DNA of 63,097 nt, counting the filler, from Folioceros fuciformis (taxonomy: Eukaryota), in assembly GCA_049999805.1 (NCBI GenBank). It is 31 parts of 31 records of this genome, joined end to end, with 100 filler letters (N's around TTAATTAATTAA, not from the genome) between each part and the next. Parts side by side here need not be neighbours in the genome. Positions count along the whole stretch, not along the records: positions 56,853 to 58,401 come from JBNGIO010000080.1; positions 58,502 to 60,272 come from JBNGIO010000081.1; positions 60,373 to 63,097 come from JBNGIO010000082.1; 28 more parts are not named here. The stretch is one strand, 5' to 3'. This document shows positions 57,877 to 63,097 of the stretch, one piece after another. The notes under the pieces were generated by a model. The model made no database searches and was not told the DNA's origin. It saw nothing but the letters and a program-made list of their open reading frames with translations. Each line of letters begins with the position of its first letter. Position 1 is the stretch's first letter. The position numbers and the translations under genes are program-made.

Positions 57877-58089
57877 GCGTGTAAGAAGATGCCCACTTTA
57901 TGCCTCTCTTCAACAGAGGCAGAATACGCAGCAACCTCACTAGCATCGAAGGAAATTTTGTGGATTCAACAATTCCTGAAAGATATCGGAGAGGAGCAGC
58001 ATCAGCCTACAGTTCTCCAGTGTGACAATCAATCAGCAATAGTTATGACTCTGAACCCCGTCCTGCATGCACAAACTAAACACGTGGAG
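57877..58089 (+). pseudogene. Copia RNase H fragment between two LTR insertions
   Basis: CKKMPTLCLSSTEAEYAA..CDNQSAI..NPVLHAQTKHVE. Confidence 0.9.
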
Positions 58090-58401
58090 TGTGGAGGCAA
58101 AACCCCGGGCACTGATTGCCGACGGATTCCACCTTTAGTGGCCACACTTATCCCACTGTCGTTGAGACATTGGGTTTCGTTCCCACGAAGGAGCGATGGG
58201 GTTCCTTGCTGCTGTGGATGGAGGGTCGGACTTTATCAACTCGATGATGGATTCGAGGGCTCCCCTCCAGCTCCGATCAGGCGTAGGACAGGCCTCGCTG
58301 TCCGGCGGTCAGCTGCACCTCTCTCGGTGCCCACAAACTCACTCTTGTCACTACAACGACCCTAACCTCTCAGATCTGCGACTTCCCTCACTCACTTCAC
58401 T
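58090..58401 (-). mobile_element. LTR-B terminus
   Basis: Family B match. Confidence 0.9.
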
Positions 58402-59601
58402 NNNNNNNNNNNNNNNNNNNNNNNNNNNNNNNNNNNNNNNNNNNNTTAATTAATTAANNNNNNNNNNNNNNNNNNNNNNNNNNNNNNNNNNNNNNNNNNN
58501 NTCGCACCCTATGCCCCTATCTCCCCTTTTTTAGGGTTAAATAGTTAACCACAATTAGTTGACCTCACATGGGTTTAGTAACAATCCCTTTAGGGTTACT
58601 TTACCAGACTGTACATAATACACATAATTTTTGTTAATCAATTTGGTTGTTATGGTTGATAGCTATTGCATATGTTCTCCATGAGTAGCACTTTGTGTCA
58701 TGGTATTCAAGCCATGCTATGAGCCTTTTGCTGGACTATTTACGTAATAGCTATGCTAAGTAGCTAAGGCCATGTTGTCCATGATAAGCAAAACAAAGAT
58801 AAAAGCAAATCAAACATTTATCTTTCATAAATGTCAAGTTTTGCCCACACCTTTGTCTTGCTTGCCTGCACACAATATTTCAAAATTCTGTTAGCTTAAA
58901 ATGCTACAAGAATACTAGTGACCTACAATGAAAAATGCCTCAAAGGAATGGGAGGCGTGTTGTCCAGCCTCTCTCTTACGTTCCTCCAATGGTTCTTTCT
59001 CGGCATGAGTACATTTAGAGGCGTCATAGTGACCTCATCATTTAATTCTGGATTGCACATAGAGATAGGTTTGGTGCCAATAAGCAGCCTTCCCCGAATT
59101 GTTTCCAGAGTCAAGTGGAAGTCTGCCAAGAGTGATTCTCCCCACCATCATAGTTGAATAAGATAATCAAAAATCCAGTGTAAGTAAGTGAAGACGAAGA
59201 AAAAGAGGAAAGTACTTTCCTAGCAAGAGGAGGACAAAGGATTGTAGAAGAAAATCCATTCCCTGCATAAGATCCCTTTGTTGCAAACCGTCTTCTTCTT
59301 CACTTAGAGATTGTGGAATCATTGTTGGTTTGATTCATCACAAACATTCAACCATTTCTAGTAAAATCTCCTTTGACATTGAAACATTATTGAACCCGGT
59401 TAGGGTCCCCTGATAACCATGTCACTTGGACTTTAATTAAACATATAAGTTAGGTCAAGTAACCAACCCCAAGAATGAAAAGTCACTTAGTTCTTTACAA
59501 TTTTGTACTTAAAGACTTTTTCCTTTAATAAAATATATTGTTGTTGTTTCATGAGACCAAGTCTCTTCTCTCCAATGCTCTCTGCTCTAGGAAAGTTTAC
59601 A

Positions 59602-59612
59602 TGGTATCAGAG
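59602..59612 (+). promoter_or_regulatory. tRNA-iMet PBS following an LTR end
   Basis: ...GTTTACA TGGTATCAGAG. Confidence 0.8.
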
Positions 59613-60113
59613 TAATGTTTAGATCCTTGGATATATGCTAACATGCTTATGCTATCACCTAGATGGTAAAATCGGAATTGTGGATAATTCCCTTTTACCA
59701 CCTAAGCAACGCAAAATTGATATAGGGAATTTACAATACTAGGGGATCATAATCTTACAATTATGTCCTTTGTAGTTTTTCCTACGAGTAGCATGCTTTA
59801 TAAAACTCAGCTGCATAATTTCTATATGAGCAAAGAGTGTTTTAAAGGCAAAAATGCCTCATCGTAATTCTCAGAGGTGTGCTGTTGTTCAAAGAAAATT
59901 CTAGACATAGAAATTCAGAACAGAGGGTGTGCAATCCCTGCACAAACCCGAATCCAAGACTCCAAAATCCCTGTCAAAGTACAACACATTTATAGCCTAG
60001 GTTTGTTGGACGAACGGAGCGATTTCCATTTCGTCATGCAGGCACTTATCTTGGATGGGGTTGCGATGATAACCATACTCGACGCGCAGAATTTGGCCTG
60101 CCTGAAGGACGAC

Positions 60114-60272
60114 TGTGGAGGCAAAACCCCGGGCACTGATTGCCGACGGGTTCCACCTTTAGTGGCCACACTTATCCCACTGTCGTTGAGACATTGGGTT
60201 TCGTTCCCACGAAGGAGCGATGGGGTTCCTTGCTGCTGTGGATGGAGGGTCGGACTTGATCGACTCGATGAT
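60114..60272 (-). mobile_element. LTR-B terminus
   Basis: Family B match. Confidence 0.9.
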
Positions 60273-60372
60273 NNNNNNNNNNNNNNNNNNNNNNNNNNNN
60301 NNNNNNNNNNNNNNNNTTAATTAATTAANNNNNNNNNNNNNNNNNNNNNNNNNNNNNNNNNNNNNNNNNNNN

Positions 60373-60419
60373 AAAGGTGGGACCCTTCGGCAATCAGTGC
60401 CCGGGGTTTTGCCTCCACA
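60373..60419 (+). mobile_element. LTR-B terminus
   Basis: ...GGGGTTTTGCCTCCACA. Confidence 0.88.
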
Positions 60420-61555
60420 GTAGTTGCAACTAATATAACAACTAACTACTTAGAGCAACTAAATAGGTAACTACCTAATGCCCTAGGCATAAATTAATGT
60501 TTAACTAATACTACCCTAATGAATAGTGCCCTAAACTAGATATATTTCATCAGAAGGAAGAGTCTACTAAACTTAGGAGCCATCTCCTCTTGTGGACGAT
60601 CCATATGGTCCGGGTAGTGTACCAACAATCGGCCTCGAAGCCGAGAGGACTCTACCTCAACTCCCAATGGAGCAAGGCACTAGTGAAAGAAGTTGCGGGG
60701 AACTTACTGAAGCCTGGAGCCTGCAAGACTACCAATGGCTAGCTCATCCATGACTTTAAGGACCTTCGCATCAAAGGGGTGGCCCAACTCATTGTTAATT
60801 GGCTCCTGGTCACGAAGACAGACCATGTTGCAAACATAGTCCTCATGCTAATCCACAGCCTTGTACAAGGGTTCCTAGTAGATTGGGGCAAGGTGGTAGC
60901 CCATCGGATATACTCCGATGTTAGAAGGATACGCTAGGAGAAACCCCCCACCTCTAGGCTGACTCCTTTCTTATTTCATATTTGGGGGCACCATAAAGTC
61001 TTGACGGACTTGGAGACGGCGACCGTGGCCCATCTTGCTCCCCTTCCCCCAACCTCACCTCTGACTGCAGCTCCAACTCCAGCACCCAAGAAGAAGCTCT
61101 CGGCATCGACAACTCAAACAATTGCGCTGCCCTCAACTCTTGTCCCATTGCCTATTTTGGACAACACCGATGACAAAGGAGCCAATAGTGTTATCACCGA
61201 TGGCCCAAGCCTCGATACCCAACTTGGCCGACAGCCCCCTTGCGGCTAAGAAACGAAAGACTATAACAATTCAGGCCAAGGAAGAAACGTCTCCAAAGCG
61301 ACGAAATGCTTAGGTAAGCAAACGGGTCCAACTTCTTAGCACCACCACCAGCTAGCCCAGAGCCTAAAGACTGGTGGGTATCCAAACCTCAAGCGGTCCC
61401 TAACTCTAGGGAGGAGGCGGACCACATGGAGTTGGTCCAATTGGTAGCTCAACTAGACTACAACGAGAGGTAGGGAATCGGGCCTTCTGGAGTAAAACAG
61501 CCTCCATCTCCTTGGGGACGAAAGAAGGGAAGAGGCCCCAATCTCCTAGTCCGCC

Positions 61556-62699
61556 TGGAGAGGAAAATATTGTGTCCAAGGACACCGCGAGGTCCACACA
61601 AACCCTCTATGTCGTTGTAGCCATGGGATTCACTCCCAAGGGAATGATTTGTGCCAACTAACACAGGTTTCTTCTAGTACTAACTCTTACCTAGGTCAGG
61701 CCCTATCTATCACCAGTTCTACTACCTACTACTCCCTACCGCTACCCCCCATTTAGCCTAGCTACCACGGACCCTACTCTACAACTCTGGTCCCTACTCT
61801 ACGACCGGGGTTGGGGTCTCCACGACCGTTAGTACTTCCACGACCGGTGGTGCTTTCCACAACCGGCAGTGGGTTCCACGACTGTGGTGGGACCCACCCA
61901 AAGCCCTAACTAACACGTACCGGCGAAGGTGCCGCCACGGGTTTCTACCCAAACCCCCCTTAGTCGCGGGTCGGGGTTATTAAACACTTCTCACACTCAG
62001 AGATACACACTTAGACAACCGGTTCCGTGGGGCGGCCACACCTCACTCTTCACACCCACACAGCGCTTCCAGCACACACCAAATCTCCAACATACAGTAA
62101 CTCCTCACAAACTCGATCTCGAATGTCTTCAACCCTCAGCAGCGTCCACAATTCCCCATCGGTTTCCTAGCGATCCTTCACACCCTAGCCTTTTAACAAC
62201 GTTCCACAGTGTCCGAGGTTTATCCATGCATTCTCCAGCAATCTCATCTCACCCTTAGTACTTTTCTCAAACACTCAGTCTCACAGCACACCCATCCGCA
62301 GGCAACAGTTCGGGAAATAAGGGAAGGGAAACTTCCCCTCCACTCTGTGGGTTGGTGGATTTGTCTCTCTCACCCCGGCCACGGGCGTGACTCACTCCTC
62401 TTCGTCTCGACTCACTCGCTTCTTCACTTCTCTCCTTCTTACACAATCATGTCACAAACACTCACTCGCACCAATACAAAGACCGGGTTGCAGCCGACAG
62501 TCGGAAAATAAGGGAAGGAGGAAATCTCCCTCCACTCCGCGCAATGGGCGGATTCGTTTCCCTCCCTCAGCTACAGCGCATAGTCAGTCTCCACATCCAC
62601 TCACTTCTCAACACTGTAGTTTGGGGGGCAGTTGAAGAGTCAGGGAATAAGGGAAGCAGACACCCCTTCTTTCATTGTGCTCATGGGCGGATTCGTCCC
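61556..62699 (-). mobile_element. LTR family E, interrupted by LTR-B
   Basis: 61556-61670 is homologous to 22960-23071. Repeated GGAAATAAGGGAAGG..CCCTCCACTC..GGCGGATTCG units occur at 62310-62700. Extent is tentative. Confidence 0.65.
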
Positions 62700-63097
62700 T
62701 GTGGAGGCAAAACCCCGGGCACTGATTGCCAGCGTGTTCCACCTTTAGTGGCCACACTTATCCCACTGTCGTTGAGACATTGGGTTTCGTTCCCACGAAG
62801 GAGCGATGGGGTTCCTTGCTGCTGTGGATGGAGGGTCGGACTTGATCGACTCGATGATGGATTCGAGGGCTCCCCTCCAGCTCTGATCAGGCGTAGGACA
62901 GGCCTCGCTGTCCGGCGGTCAGCTGCACCTCTCTCGGTGCCCACAAACTCACCCCAGTCACTACAACGACCCTAACCTCTTAGATCTGCGACTTCCCTCA
63001 CTCACTTGACTCACTCTTTCACTCCAGCACCAGCACCAGCAACTAACAATGACACCACTACCTTCTACACTTCCCTACTGACTCCTCCTACCCGGCA
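62700..63097 (-). mobile_element. LTR-B terminus
   Basis: Family B match running to the window end. Confidence 0.9.

Noticed and set aside
61612-61622. Minus-strand GGCTACAACGA resembling the 10-23 DNAzyme core
   Set aside because: It is a short partial match to an in vitro-selected motif, and only CAACGA is shared across families. Treated as coincidence.
62544-62975. Recurrent ORF CGGKTPGTDC...LIPLSLRHWVSFPRRSDG in many contigs
   Set aside because: It is a translation of the LTR-B terminus fused to whichever flank precedes it, with no start codon of its own.

Overview
This window is not contiguous DNA. It is 31 short contigs joined by 30 identical 100-nt artificial spacers (N44-TTAATTAATTAA-N44). 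Most contigs come from a large, LTR-retrotransposon-rich land-plant genome, probably a fern or another seed-free plant, because it holds a DYW:KP-type RNA-editing domain relic. They contain many copies of at least eight LTR termini, tRNA-iMet primer-binding sites, PPTs, decayed Copia and Gypsy pol fragments, an L1-type LINE 3' end and an 18S rRNA relic. One gene-dense contig carries a 10-exon, 5'-truncated FREE1/FYVE1 gene. Three contigs (1415-6026, 15126-16635, 20395-22763) are very different: each starts with a (CCCTAA)n telomere followed by AT-rich DNA almost devoid of CpA/TpG, the signature of fungal RIP, which points to chromosome ends of a co-assembled ascomycete. The most novel pattern is a shared, apparently covarying folded module (CAACGA...GGG...TGTGG-[hairpins]-CCACA) at one terminus of five otherwise different LTR families. 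All alignments and folds were done by eye.
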